From assembly GCF_009914755.1 (NCBI RefSeq), contig NC_060942.1: a stretch of 64,000 bases of DNA; one strand, given 5' to 3'. The position numbers and the translations under genes are program-made. Position 1 is the first letter of the stretch, and each line of letters starts with the position of its first letter. Below the pieces are notes generated by a model. That model did not search any database, was not told the DNA's origin, and saw only the letters and a program-made list of their open reading frames with translations. This stretch comes from the human T2T-CHM13v2.0 reference genome, Homo sapiens. Shown here piece by piece: positions 14,989-29,745 of the stretch.

Positions 14989-16239
14989 AGCAGGCAAGTT
15001 GTTCTAAAACACTTTCTTGCATGCTTATGAAATAGACCACTACTCAGTGTCAGAAGGATTCAGCTGATTGTTTCTTCAACTTCACGGTGAGTAATTAGCA
15101 CTCATCTTTACTTGAGAGCCCAAGGAACCTGGAAGGCTGATAGGCTCAGGGTGAATTCAGTGAGCGTGTTGTGGAAAATTCAGAGGAGAAGCACTGACAT
15201 ATGGGGCTATAAACATCTGTGCACCTTCCTTACACAAATTCTTGAATTATAGTCTCACAAATCAGTCATCAGATGACAGGGACAGAGATGATGGAGGATA
15301 GCAGTGGGCTCATATATTTAATGCTTTGGGATACCTTGCCATAGGCCTTCAAAAGCCCCCACCCCTTACACCATTATTTGACCTCTTTCGTGTGTTTATT
15401 ACTTAATACTTATTAAATGCTTAATAACCACATATTCTTATTTGGTTCAGGGATGTTTTCTTGGCCAGGCTTCTGAATGCATTCATCCCATATGGATATT
15501 GCTTAGCCTCCATGACCCACTATTTATTAATGTAAATATCAGACCTCTGAATAGAGCATGTATTCAATACATATCCTTTGAATGAACAAATCTATTGCAC
15601 TCTTATCTTACCCCACCTTAGAGCTTGCAAACACAGGATTCACTCAACTGAGCTAAAGCAAGTAATTACCTTTTAAGTAAACAACTACCTGATTGTCTAT
15701 TTCAAACTCCCTGAGAAATATTCTAGAATTTCTTTTCCTCAAAAATATGTAATTATTACGTAGAATTAGAAGGGAAATTGCTTGATTTGCAAACAACCTT
15801 AAAATACACAATCTTCTCTCTCTCTTTTCCTCTGTAGGCTCCATGAGGTATTTCCTATTAAAAATTTCAGCTCTGCTTCTTATCACCTTTGCCCTCTTCT
15901 CCGCTCTGACTTTAAATTCAGGAGACGGTTTCCCTGGGGAATACAGATCCTAGTGCCATGTGATCTGGCCTAAAGGGTAGTGTGACAGAGCGAAACAAAA
16001 GAGGATGCTAACCTTGCCTTTCTCCCATTCACGTGTGCACTTCCCCACTGAATGCCAGAGACCGGAAGCGAGTAATGCTCCACCATCTCAGTAAAACCTA
16101 TTAGTTTATGTGATTCAATCATTGGCAAGACTGACTCTGCAACAGAAGGGTGACAAGGAGTTAGCAAAATTTCTGGTGTTTGAAACAGACTAGTAAGAAA
16201 TGTAGTGTTTTAATGGCAATTACTGCTTTCATCTTTTCT

Positions 16240-16360
16240 TACTACAGAATTATTGCTCATCGTGGAAAAAGCAAAAAACATACAGTAAATCAAAAAGACA
16301 GAAAAATCATTTTCAATCTAATCCTACAGATACTGCTATTAACATGTTGGTTTGAAACAT
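16240..16360 (-). mobile_element. Ancient L1ME 3' end fragment
   Basis: gctcatcgtggaaaaa...acagatactgctattaacatgttgg resembles L1ME3/4 tail in reverse. Confidence 0.5.
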
Positions 16361-17199
16361 TCTCTGTCTCTCTTTCTCCCTCGCTCTCTCTCCCCTTTCT
16401 TTCTCTCTTCGAATGCCTGTGTACTCAAGTGTAACTATTTATCTATAATTTAATATTATCTCAATAATGTTAATTACCTTAAGAAATCAGAATTTCTCTG
16501 AATACAATAAATACAATAACATTAGGAAACTGTCTTAATATACTGCTCAAAGTTAGATAGTATGACACTAAAATCACGATTCACAAGAGACAACTAGGCC
16601 AAAGAGATGGTTAAACTGCTGATACTCAGAGGTGGAGTTGTAAAAATGGAAGAGGGACATTTGGAGCCACTTTAGGGATATCTAACATTCATTTGGACTT
16701 TTCTTCTATGTGCAGCTGAAATGTAATTCTTCTCACTATTTTTTCAAATCTCCAATGCCTTCAGTGATCTTTCTGGAAGACATCAAGGAAAGATGCTTTG
16801 TCTCACTCCACACTTCTGGGGTGATGTCCTGTGATGTCAACCCAGGATGGCAAAAAGGACAAGATTATCTACTCCCTGACCTACTTCAGCGACTGCATAA
16901 GCTTAGGGTCAGAAGCACTGAAGAAAGCAGTAAGTGGCCACCCCTCCATCCTGAGGCCTGGACCTCAGGAAGAGAGTCCCTGGAGAGAACTGGAGAGAGA
17001 GGGAGAATGTGAAATGGGGTTGGAGTGAATTTAATTTGAATTTCAAAGGGTAAGGTCCTTTGAGTTTCATCTATGTTGCACGTACATAGTTTTAAAAAGT
17101 GGTATCATGCTGTTTCTGTTATTTCACACTCTATGGATTTTCACGTAACAAATATTTGAAGGCCATTCATGACAAATATATATATATCTCCATAAACAT

Positions 17200-17515
17200 C
17201 ATGATGTTGGGGGTGGCTGTGACAGAGACTGACCACTCGGCACAAGTAACAGATGCTGCTTCTGGGCGGAAGGAGTGAAAAGACCAGGCATATTTCTCCA
17301 GTTTCCTCCTCCCTGTTATAGCAATCATGGAAGAGGCTTTGTATTGAGATGATGGTGCCAAAAGATGCCAGTGGTCTGTGCTGCTGAGTCATCATGTGGA
17401 CACCTGCCTGTAGTGCCATACAGACTTGTGTGGGAAAGAAATACATGTTGTTGGTTAAGCCTCTGAGATGTTGGAGTTGTTACTGCAGCATTAGTAAGCC
17501 TACTCTGACTAACAT
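17200..17515 (+). mobile_element. MaLR LTR (MLT1J-like)
   Basis: gttaagcctctgagatgttggagttgttactgcagcat...cctactctgactaaca, MLT1 3' end. Confidence 0.75.
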
Positions 17516-18300
17516 ATTGGTCACCAAACCCGTTTTCTCCTTTTCCTGGTTACTTAGCTAGATGACATTCCCAATTCCTTATAAAAAACTAGATCAGACT
17601 TGGTGACCGAATTTTAGCCAATGAATTGTGAGCAAAAGCTAACCATGTTACTTTGGGGTTGAGATGAGTAAGAAGTATGTGTACCTTCTCTTCCTCTTTT
17701 TCTCCTGATGATGATGAAGCCTAGGAGATGAAGGAGCCACAAGCTAAAAAAAATTGTGGATCCTTGAAATACTGCTTATAAGAGAGCTGCCCACCATTTG
17801 GGAACACTTGTGTTGGACGTTATGTGAGTGACAGTAAATTTCTATGGTTTTTGAGCCATTACACATTTTTTGTTTTGTTTACAACAGCAGACCACATTAA
17901 CTTTTAAAGAAATTTGTATTGTGAAGTAGAGTGCTTCCATAAGCAAAACCTGAAATCAATGTCATTTGGCCTAGTGATGGAATGGCAGGAAGTAAAGAAA
18001 CAAGCGGTATCCTTTCTTTGAAATGAAGGCTGAGTGCCTCATTATATGTTGGCAAAACATTTAGCAAAGTTGTTGCCTGCAATAACTTGGAAGGCTGACC
18101 ATATACATACCAAGACTGTTAACTCAAGAAAACTGTTGGCAAGAGTCCGTATAAGTATGTGATGGCTACTACTATCTGGTTTTAGCAAGGCTTTATAAGA
18201 AAAAGTGATGCTGAGGCCAGAACTGGCTAGTTTTCAAGTACAGATGAAAGACACTGGAGATAATTCAGTTCTGGACTTAATGAAATAATAAAACTTTTAT
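17516..18300 (+). mobile_element. Second MLT1 (H/I/J-type) LTR followed by MaLR internal sequence
   Basis: LTR-like 17516-17900 (ttttagccaatgaattgtgagcaaaag...gagccattacacatttt); then gaaatttgtattgtgaagtagagtgct...ggcaaaacatttagcaaagttgttgcctgcaataacttggaagg, typical of MLT1-int. Confidence 0.7.
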
Positions 18301-18304
18301 CATG

Positions 18305-19170
18305 TGGACATTTTTGGTTTTGTGTTTTTTATAAAATCTATCACTTTAATTAATATTGCTGCAGAGTATTTTATTGTACGACTATCTCAAATTTGTTTAA
18401 ACAAATCTCTACTGATGACCATTTGGGATGTTTCCAATTGTTTTGCCATTGCTAAAAGCTCTACTTTGGATATCTTGATACTACAGTTTGTCCACTTTTC
18501 CAATTATTTTCTTACAATTAATTATTGTAATTGGAGGTGCAGGGTTAAAGAATATGGACATTTTAAATTTAATGCATTCTGCCCAGTATCCCTGAAGAAA
18601 ATTTACATCATTTTGAAATCCCACCAACATATCCTCAACATCAGAGGCATTATCACTATATGTATCTTTAAAATAGATGAGCAAAAAACATGATGTTCCA
18701 TTGTTGTTTTGTTTTCCTTTTGTAATTAGTGAGGTCTAACATAACTTCATATGTTCATAGCCATTGCATTTGGTCATTTGTGAACTGCATGCACTTCTCT
18801 CTTGAGATATCTGTCTTACTTATTTAGAAGGACTCAGTTTAGTTTATCTGGGGAAGTCCTACATTACACCTGGTCTCCTGGCATAAGTACAAGTAGTACC
18901 TCCTTTCACTCTCCAAAGTACTTTGGTCTGAAAAATAAATTATATGGGTACCCTGGATATAACCCCTTATTTTGCCAATCTGTTGCTGTTTTTACCCAGC
19001 TTGTCATTCATCTTTAAGTTTGATTAAATGTTTATGTTGTAAATTTTGTCCAGTTTTTCTTTATGATTTCCAGCTTCAGTATCAGACTTTGAAAAAAATC
19101 CTCATTTCAAGATTTCAGAAATAGGCACCTAGCTTTTCCTGTATTCATTTTATGCTTTTGTTATTGACAT
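18305..19170 (-). mobile_element. Ancient L1ME fragment (ORF2 3' end/3' UTR)
   Basis: catttgggatgtttccaattgttttgccatt...tcccaccaaca...ccattgcatttggtcatttgtgaactg. Confidence 0.75.
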
Positions 19171-19184
19171 GGGAGCACAACGAT

Positions 19185-19495
19185 GCTCTCTCACACTCTT
19201 GAGGTCTTCACTCAAATGTCACCTTTCCAGTTAAATTGCATCCCACACCTACCTACTGGGGAAACACTAACTCTATTCATGGCTTTATTTTCCTTCATAG
19301 TGTTTGTCACCATTCAACCTACTATATATTTTGCTTATTTATTTCACTGTTTCTCTACTACCACTGAAAGGTAAGCTCCTTGAGGGTAGGAATTTTCGAG
19401 GTTGTTTTTGGTTGTTGTTGTTAATTATTGTATCTCTAGGAGCTGGAACATGGCATATAGTAAGTGTTCAACAAAACACATGTTTAATAACTGAA
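19185..19495 (+). mobile_element. L2a 3' end
   Basis: ctcaaatgtcacct...gtaagctccttgagggtagg...tggcatatagtaagtgttcaacaaa. Confidence 0.8.
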
Positions 19496-19908
19496 ATTAA
19501 AGCTTCAACCCACCTGACGCTTATTTTGTTGTAAGTTATAAAGTAAGTACTCAGTTTACTTTAGTCCTTTCCCTTATTGAATTAAAATCTCCTTTAGCCT
19601 ATACTCCCTTTATCTTCTGGTACTACACATTTTCTTACATTAGTCAGTTTCTCTATTATATACCATTAACCTATTTCACAGTGTATTGCAAGAAAAATTA
19701 TTCAATAATCTACTTTTAGTTTTTTATATCTCTGTCTTCAAATATTTACTAAAAGATAAAACTTACAGACACCTGTCATGTTTCCATTGATACACTATTG
19801 GGGATGATTGGGATCATATTTAAATTATATATTGATTTAAAGAAAATTTACATTTCTATGTTTAGCTCTCTTGCCCAGAACAAAGTACAAAGATCCATTT
19901 TCAAGGTC

Positions 19909-19923
19909 TGTGTGTGTGTGTGA

Positions 19924-19955
<32 letters not shown>
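19909..19955. repeat. (TG)n microsatellite
   Basis: seen directly. Confidence 0.95.
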
Positions 19956-20225
19956 TTTAGTTATGGTAACACTAATTGCCAAAACAGGTAACTTCTAAAA
20001 ATGTAGTGGCTTAACACGAAAAGTCCAAGTGAATATTCACAAGGCTGCATGCTAGTCAATGATGCAAGGATCAAAGGTTCTTTCATGTTGTCATCCTGTC
20101 CCTCCTCTCCCTTGCTTCAGCATCCTCTGCCAGGAGATGGAGAAAAAACAGCAAAGAGGATATACCTGTTTCTTAACCACTTTGGTCCAGAATAGGCATA
20201 TATTATTCCTACTTTAGATCCTACC
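19956..20225 (-). mobile_element. Old MLT1 LTR fragment
   Basis: ttagttatggtaacacta...gtagtggcttaacac. Confidence 0.5.
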
Positions 20226-20234
20226 CAATGTTTT

Positions 20235-21970
<1,736 letters not shown>

Positions 21971-21971
21971 C

Positions 21972-22800
21972 TACTTTTCTTTTTCTTGCCTTATTGCTCT
22001 GGCTAGGATCTCAGTACAATGTAAAATAGATGGGGTAAGAACAGATTTTTTGCTGTGTTCTTAACATTAGGAGGAAAATATTTGATCTTCTCCATTAAAT
22101 ATATTATCTGTAGTTGTTCACTGATGCTCTTGATTAGCCATCATTTTTTCAAATATATTTTCTGTCCTTTTCTCATTTCTTTTCTTCTGGGATCCCAATT
22201 ACATGTATGTTATGCTACTTGATACTGTCCTACAGGTCACGGAGTCTTTATTCAAGTTTTTCAGTCTTTTCGTCTCTACATTTCATTTTGCATAATTTCC
22301 ATTGCTGTGTTTTCAAATCCGTTGATATGTTATTATGTAGCATATAATTTGAGGTAAGTTTCATTCCAGTAACACTTTCTTTTCATATGTTGTATTTCTT
22401 AATTTCTAGAATTTTTATTTTGTTTTTTCCATATGTTCTATTTATTTCTTCATGTTTTCCTTTAAATCCTTGAACATATTTACACTTGTGGTTTTAAACA
22501 TCATTTTCTGATAATTTCACCAGCTCTGTTATTTCTATACCCGTTTCTATGATTGAATTTTTTCTCTTCATTATGGGTCACAGTTTCCTGCTTCATCTCT
22601 ATCTTATAATTTTTGATTAGATGATTAGATGCCACACCTTATGAGTATTATGTTTCTGAGTAATTTGGACTTACTGGTTTTATTTTAAGGAGTATTTGAA
22701 TTGTGAGAGGGAAACAGCTACATTACTCAGCTTACTCCGTTTGAGATTTGTTTTTAAATTTTATTAGAGCAATTCTAGAATAGCTTTTATGATTTTTCTT
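21972..22800 (-). mobile_element. Old L1 fragments (ORF2 and ORF1/5' region), antisense
   Basis: ttcttgccttattgctctggctagga...; cttctgggatcccaattacatgtatgtta...; T-rich. Confidence 0.75.
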
Positions 22801-23349
22801 CTTTAGCCTTTACTGCATAGTTTGCTTCTTTTTCTCATCACACATGGTTTTATTGTGAAAAAAATTTAATATATAGAAAAGTTGACAGAATGATATGCAA
22901 CGAACAGCCATATACTCACTGCCTAGATACACTGATTATTAAAATGTTACCGTGTTTAATTAATCTATCTGTAATATTCTGTATTTATTTTTTCTCACCA
23001 TTAGAATGTATTCTTTTTCTCCAATTTTTCTAAATGTTACTTTTATATCTTTATATACTTGCTTAAACCTACCAAACATTGCCATATCTTTTAATCTATT
23101 CCCTGAACAAATGAGAAAAAATATGCATTTTTTTCCTGCCACTCACCCCCTTGCTTCCTGGTATGTGTGTGCACGTGTGTATTTAGGTGTATTGCTTTCC
23201 TTGAAGGTTTTGTCCATATCTATTGTATTTAAAATATTATTTTTATTATATATGTATTCCATCAAAAATTTAAGATTTAATTTTTGTTTTATAATCACAA
23301 TGAACATAGTTATTTAAACTTAGATTTGTGTTTAAAATGGGATTTGTGA

Positions 23350-23495
23350 TCTATGGATTCCAAAGTAGGCCATGGATTGATTTCCATAGATTTCTGAATA
23401 ACACCAAGTAGAATGTACATTTTCAGGTATCTGGAGTGCACTTTCTTCTGAGAAGGTCCATGTCTTCCTCAGAATCTCCTAGGGGTTAAGAACAA
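23350..23495. mobile_element. hAT-Charlie MITE fragment (MER103-like)
   Basis: gagaaggtccatgtcttcctcagaatctc...ggttaagaac. Confidence 0.4.
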
Positions 23496-23814
23496 ATTAA
23501 TTAAGTAATCCACATGCACAGTCCTTTTATACCATAACTTCCTATTCTTTTTTATTCATCTTTCTCATTGCTAGAAAACTTGTGCAAATGACCTTTTCCA
23601 GGAATTGTTCATTGGTAATATACTTCCCAAATTCTTGCTTTTGTGAGTATGCCTTTCTTTTGCCTTTACAAGAATAACAACCTGACGGTTTATGGGATAT
23701 TTGGCCACAGCTTTCCTTTTAAAATTCTCCTATACTGCTAATGTGAATCCTGGACTAGCCTGATGATTCCCATTGTTGGTTACATATTTTCTCTGGCTGG
23801 ATGTTTGTGACAAT

Positions 23815-23990
23815 AGATGGCATTTACCAAGTACTTATTATGTGCCAAATAACAGGCTAAGTACGTTTGCAAACATTTTTGTATTTCATCTTCATTATAA
23901 TCTTGTAAGTTACATACTACCTGCTTAATATCACAGCAATGCAGCTTGTACCCAGGTAATCTGACTGTAGTCTTAAGCAGTGCTATTCTG
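23815..23990 (-). mobile_element. MIR SINE
   Basis: catttaccaagtacttattatgtgcca...tttcatcttcattataatcttgtaag. Confidence 0.65.
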
Positions 23991-24911
23991 ACTTAAAGGA
24001 TTATTTTTCTTTTCGTCCTTAAAGTTCTGTACATTTGCTCAGAGACACTTTGGGTTTGACAAATTCTTTCCATTTGGCTACAGTGAGCCTTCGCCACCTG
24101 TATATTCCTCTTTTTGTGTTTGTTTATCATTTCTAACTTCTGTAGGCACACAAACTATGTGCTGAATCTTCATTGTTTGATTTCCATAGCTATTATCTTC
24201 ACACTGATCTTTTTGTTTCCTTTGTCTCTCTTTCTTCATTCTGACTGATTATTTTCCCAGGATAGTTCTCTATGGATTCTAGTTTTTAATGTCAGTTCTG
24301 GCTTTGATTCTTCTACTGTAGTTTTAAGTTCCATAATAACATTATTTTTCTCCTTTGCTTTTTTTTTTTTAACTCACCTTAGTAGTTTCCTTTTCATTTT
24401 GTTATCTTCTCCCGTTTTTTATTTAATAAGTCCATTTATCCTTTCCTCTTCATAGGAGTGTGATAAAGTTATATATATTTTCATTATGTCTTTTTGTATA
24501 AAATTTATGTCAAATTATGCCTTTTGTTTCTTACCTTTCTCTTATATGTTGAGGTCACTTCCTCCCTTTTCATTGTGTAATTTTTCTAGGTCTCAAGCTT
24601 CTGTTTTTATTTGCATTTTCACCTTTGAAAGAGGAACTTGTAGCTCTGAATTTGCCATCAATATAGAGAGAACCAAATCTTCTAAACCCTCATTCCATAG
24701 GATTTAATATGGACAGCTAGATGTTGTAGATTAAAATATCACTTTATTCATTCATTTTCCCAAGGAAGTTAGAGAAGGAGCTATGATCACACACAGCTTG
24801 GTCCACTGAATTTGATAGACATAAATAGAAACTCTTTTATTGAGGGTCAGTTCTTGGAGGAAGGAGTAAGAAAGAGGGGCTTTGGGTTTTGCTTGTTTTC
24901 CTAATACAGTT

Positions 24912-25636
24912 ATTTTTCCCTCCAGCTTTACTGTGGTATAATTTGTTTACAAAAAAACTGTACATGATTATTGTATATAATTTGGTGAATTTGGACATAG
25001 GTGTATACAATCATGTTACTATTACCACAATCCAGGTAATAAACATATCCATCACCTATAAAAGTTTCTTTGTGTCCCTCTGTTGTTATTGTTTTGTTTT
25101 GTTTTAATGATAAGGATGCTTAACATGAGCTCTATCCTCTTAACAAATTTTTAAGTGCATAATACTTTCTTGCTAACTACAGGTACTGTGTTGCACAGTA
25201 AATCTCTAGAATTTAGGCAACATCTATAACTTTTCCTCCATGGAGCTACAACTTACGATATCTTCCTTCCCCCATTCTCTGATAACCACCATTCTATTGC
25301 CTACTTCTATATACATTTGATTATTTTGGATGCCTCTTATAAGAGGAATCATGCAGTATTGGTCCTTCTGTGACTGTCTTATTTCACTGAGCCTAATGTC
25401 CCCCAGGTCCATCCATGTTGTTGCAAATGGTAAGATTTCCTTTCTAAGTCTGAATAATATTCTGTTATGTGTATCGACTACATTTTATTTATCCATTCAC
25501 CTTTTATTGGACATTTGGGTTGTTTCCATATCTTGGCTATTGTGAATAATGCTGCAGTGAACACAGGAATGCAGATATCTTTCGAGATCCTGATTTCAAA
25601 TCTTTTGGATATGTACCCAGAAGTAGGATTGCTGGG
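24912..25636 (-). mobile_element. L1MA9/L1MA10/L1MB1-type 3' end
   Basis: cttaacatgagctctatcctcttaacaaatttttaagtgca...atccatgttgttgcaaatgg...tacccagaagtaggattgctgg. Confidence 0.9.
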
Positions 25637-26769
25637 AACTTTGGCTATTCTGATACCCAAGAGCACTTAGGCATTGCATTTGGTCAGTTAGATATTTTCT
25701 CAACACAATCATTATTGTCTGATGCTGCCAATCCAGGGTTGAATGTTGTTTTCTAGGAGATTGCCTCGCACTTTTCATCCTTGTTAACCTTGTCTCCAGA
25801 CCATGCTCTCAAGCTTGAGGAATACAACAAGGAGCCTGAGAACTCCAAGGAATTCCACCAGCTCGCTGCCCACTGTTGAGCCAGAGGGAGGGAATGAGCT
25901 TCTGGGAATGTGGTTCCATTTCTTCAGAGGCCCACTCCAATCCCCATTTCCATCTCCCCAAATTGGAAAACGTTATCAGGAATTGACAGAATTGTCTCTG
26001 CTCACTTCCCTTAATTCTCCACCATTCTCACAAGTATAGAAATTGTACATTCGCTCCTGGAATCTTCTTTTAATTTGATATAGAATCTTCTTTTAAATTG
26101 TAGTATATCTGGTGGGTGTCCCTCAAATCTTAGCAAATATTTATTTTCTAGAGGTAAATGGGTATGATTGATAGGTATTAGTCAGAAAGACTGGAAATGA
26201 ATTACAACAGTGTGATAAGAGAAGATAGGTAAAACAAGTATTTTAAGACAGAGAGTATACTTATTAAATAATGCAGAGACAACAGGTAGAATAGGAACTG
26301 AGAGGAGTCCATAAAATTTATACAACAGAGAGGCCACTGATGAAGCTTGGATGGAGAAGTTTTCTGTGGAATGTCCACAGTAGTGAAGAAACTGCAGAAT
26401 GTTATTAAATACATTTTAAAACACTGTGAAATAGATGTGAAGAGTATATGGCAAGGGAAATGGCCAATGATCTCTCTGGTCCCCAGTTCCCTTCCCCATA
26501 AAATATGAAGCTGGACTTGATAATCTCCAAGGTGCCTTTTGCAATAGGAGCTGCTGAGTGGAAGTAAGGCTCATTCTCCTTGATGCAAATTACCCAGGAA
26601 CTTCCCCATCAAATCTGGAGAAAGAAGACCACCTCTGAAGCTTTTGCTGAAACAGACTGAAACTGACTCTAATAGAGCCTTTAGTCTGATTTCCAGTGTG
26701 CAGGAAATATAGGGGAGGGAGGAACAAGTTTAGGGTACCAACAAGGACTAATATCACGTGGGTCTCTCT

Positions 26770-27134
26770 GCTCCTCTGTCTGGGGCGTTTTTGTGGAACC
26801 AAGTGAGCTCACTCAGCCCATGAGCAAGGCAGCCCAGAAGTGAAGAGTGAGGGGTGAGAGTCTGTAGACAGAGATTTTGCATTCCCCAGCTTTGGTGGGA
26901 CAGCTCTGAGGTGCATGGTATCCAGGTCCTCAGAGCATCACCAGCAGAATTAAGCCCCAGTTGCCTACAGTGATACACTGCTCATTAATGCATCTTTTCT
27001 TGGTCTTTCACCCTCTCCTGCCTCACTTTTCCTACTACCGCATTTTTTTCTTCCTAGCACTACTGTACAAATAAAATGCCTGCCCTCAAGTCCTTATCAT
27101 AGGGTCTGCTTTGGGGGAACCCCAAATAAAGACA
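26770..27134 (+). mobile_element. ERVL LTR (LTR16-like)
   Basis: gggacagctctgaggtgcat...aagccccagttgcctacagtg...aataaa...gggtctgctttgggggaaccccaaataaagaca. Confidence 0.75.
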
Positions 27135-27139
27135 AGGGG

Positions 27140-27570
27140 ACTATTAGAAAATTAAAAATATGTAGGAGACAAAACACTCAAAAACATCATGTGGACATTG
27201 ATTAGATCTGGGCTTGAACAAACCAACTGTAAAATAATGTATTTGAGATAATCCAGGAAATTTGAATATAGACTTAGCATTAGATGATATTAAGAAACTA
27301 CTGCTAATTTGGTTAGTTGTGATAATTATATGATGTTTGTAAGATAAGGTCTTTATCTGGAGATGCATAAGGGTAAAATCATAGATCAGTGGAATTTTTC
27401 AGTACTTAAAGAAAGAAAGAAAAGGAAAGGAAAAATAGAATAAATATAACAAGTGTGGCAAAATGTTAACTGTTGAATCTGGGTGATAAGTATTTGGGAG
27501 TTCATTATACTATAATATTATACTTCTTATGTTGTGTATTTTCAAAATCTTTCATAATAAAAAGTTTTCT
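27140..27570 (+). mobile_element. L1MC/ME 3' UTR fragment
   Basis: aacaaaccaactgtaaaa...gaaatttgaatatagact...attagatgatattaagaaa...gggagttcattatacta. Confidence 0.8.
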
Positions 27571-28987
27571 TCTTTTGAAGAGAAAAATTCAAATTCCAAG
27601 AAAATACTAACTTTGACAGTAGACTAAATTCCTCAAGAGCATTTACTTTCAGGGACTTAAGTACAGAAAAGACTTTCTACACCACTTTCAGATAAGACAA
27701 AAAAAAATACCCTCCTACTTGCTGCAAAATGACATCCACTGATTACTCCTCTTCTGTATTCCCTGCTTGCAGCCTTGCCACATGCCACATTTCTCTCTCT
27801 GAAGTATCAAAAAGCAAACAAACTCTCCTGAAATCAGCATATTCCATTGCAAGAGGCCAGCCACTAAGCCGTCACATGAGTAGCACTCTGAGTACCAGAA
27901 TGGGTTTTGAAATATTCTGGCCAAGAATAGTTCCAAGGGCAGAGCCCAGACACGCCATGCAGCTCATGTAAAAAAAAAAAAAAAATTCCATACATTTTCC
28001 ATGCACTGATTCAAGATACCCATAGAAATAGACCAAGGCATTGCTTAATCAATTCTCAAGACAGGAAGGAACCTCCTAAAAAAAAAATAGCTCTTGGTCT
28101 CCTGCAAGGTAAAATGTGTGCCTCAGATCTGCAAATGAAAGAGTATCACAAACATATGGTTAATGACTCATCCCAAATGGAAAAACAGAGTTTGTTATAT
28201 TTTATGGAGATTTTACATGTTGAAGGTACATCTGTTGCTATTTATGCTGACATGTATGTAGAGATTGGCAAAGCAAGTTCTCTGTAGGGATGAGCGAAAT
28301 CCAAACCAAACCACAGAACTTTCTAACTTTGAGGCTGGCTCCTGGGATGGAAAACGGCTTCCTGATCCCTTGAAACACTGCCCAGTTGAGCAGGGTGACT
28401 TCGAGAGGCCCACATCACAGGACTGCACAGTTGGATAAAGCAACAAAAAGTCCTGCTTTGCACAGGGCCTCTAGAGAGAACAGAACAAAGACAGGAAGCC
28501 AGAGAGGTGTTGGAGAGCTCGGGGAACAGTGTTCTGATTACTGAACACCTTCTTTGGGTGACTGTTCCAGGAAAAATAGACCACATCTATTCTGACATAA
28601 ACATGCCACCCAGAATCAGACAAAAGCCCACTCCCTTTAGCTCTGTTAATAACACTCTCTAAGAAAGTGTTCATCTGCCCTGGCCAACTTTTTTTTTTTT
28701 TTTCCAGTTGGATAGCGCTGATAAGTTTGAAGACTTTTCCTTGGTTATGTACATTTCCATATCTCCCATTTTATAGTTCATTGGTCTTTATTTTTGTTCA
28801 GTTGCATGATTGTTTAACCTGTGAATCATGTGTTTTACTGATGTGGTCTAGCCTCTGCCTTCCTTCTCTTCCTTCCCTTCATTGCTTGCCATCTAATAGA
28901 GGAGAAACAACAGGCAAATAAACAACTATACAATAAAGTTGAAGGAGAGAAGAAGTGCCAAAGAAGAAGCAGAGAAGATAAGAACAT

Positions 28988-29352
28988 AAATTGTGTCCCC
29001 CACAAAATTAGTAAGTTGAAATCCTAACCCCTCGTACCTCAAAATGTGGCTATATTTGGAGACAGGGCCTTTAAAGGGATAATTAAGTCCAAATGGGGTT
29101 ATTAGGGTGGGCCCTAATCCTACAGGACTGGTGTCCTTATAATCAAAAGAATTTGGAAACAGGCACAGAGAGAAGACCCTAGGAAGACACAGGGAGAAGG
29201 CAGCCATCTATAAGCCAAGGAGAGAGGCCTCAGAAGAAACCAACCCTATCAAAAACTTATCTCAGACTTCCAGCCTCCAGAACTGTGAGAAAATTAATTT
29301 CTGTTATTTAAGCCACTCAGTGTATGGTACTTTGTTATGGCAGCCCAGCCAG
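28988..29352 (+). mobile_element. MaLR solo LTR (MLT1A/B-like)
   Basis: aattgtgtccccc...gggtgggccctaatcc...gagagaggcctcagaagaaaccaaccct...cagcctccagaactgtgaga...ttgttatggcagccc. Confidence 0.9.
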
Positions 29353-29514
29353 AGGACTTCGGACAGCCACCAGATAGAGTGCTATGAGAATCCAGAAGTG
29401 GAAGAGAAGACTAGTTTTCTAGGATCAAAAACCATCATCTGGAAGAGGTAGAATATGAATGATGGCTTCAGAGACAGGTAGAATTTGCTCATGCAGTAAC
29501 CTCAAGGCTGAAAA

Positions 29515-29745
29515 ACTGCAGCCTCGACCTTCCAGGCTCTAGTGATTTTCCCACCTCAGACTTCCAAGTAGCCGGGACCACAGGTGCACACCACCACCCC
29601 AGCTAACTATTTGTGTATTTCTTGTAGAGACAGGGTCACTCTATGTTGCCCAGGCTGGTCTCGAACTCCTGGGATCAAGCAATCCTCTGCCTTGGCCTCC
29701 CAAAGTGCTGGGATTCTAAGTGTGAGCCACTGAGCTCAACCCAGA
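29515..29745 (-). mobile_element. AluJ-type, 3'-truncated
   Basis: ctgcagcctcgacct...gagacagggtcactctatgttgcccaggctggtctcgaactcctggg. Confidence 0.92.

Noticed and set aside
27969-27984. Isolated poly(A) run (also at 41003-41018) as a possible retrocopy tail
   Set aside because: No upstream poly(A) signal at the right spacing, no TSD and no recognisable source sequence
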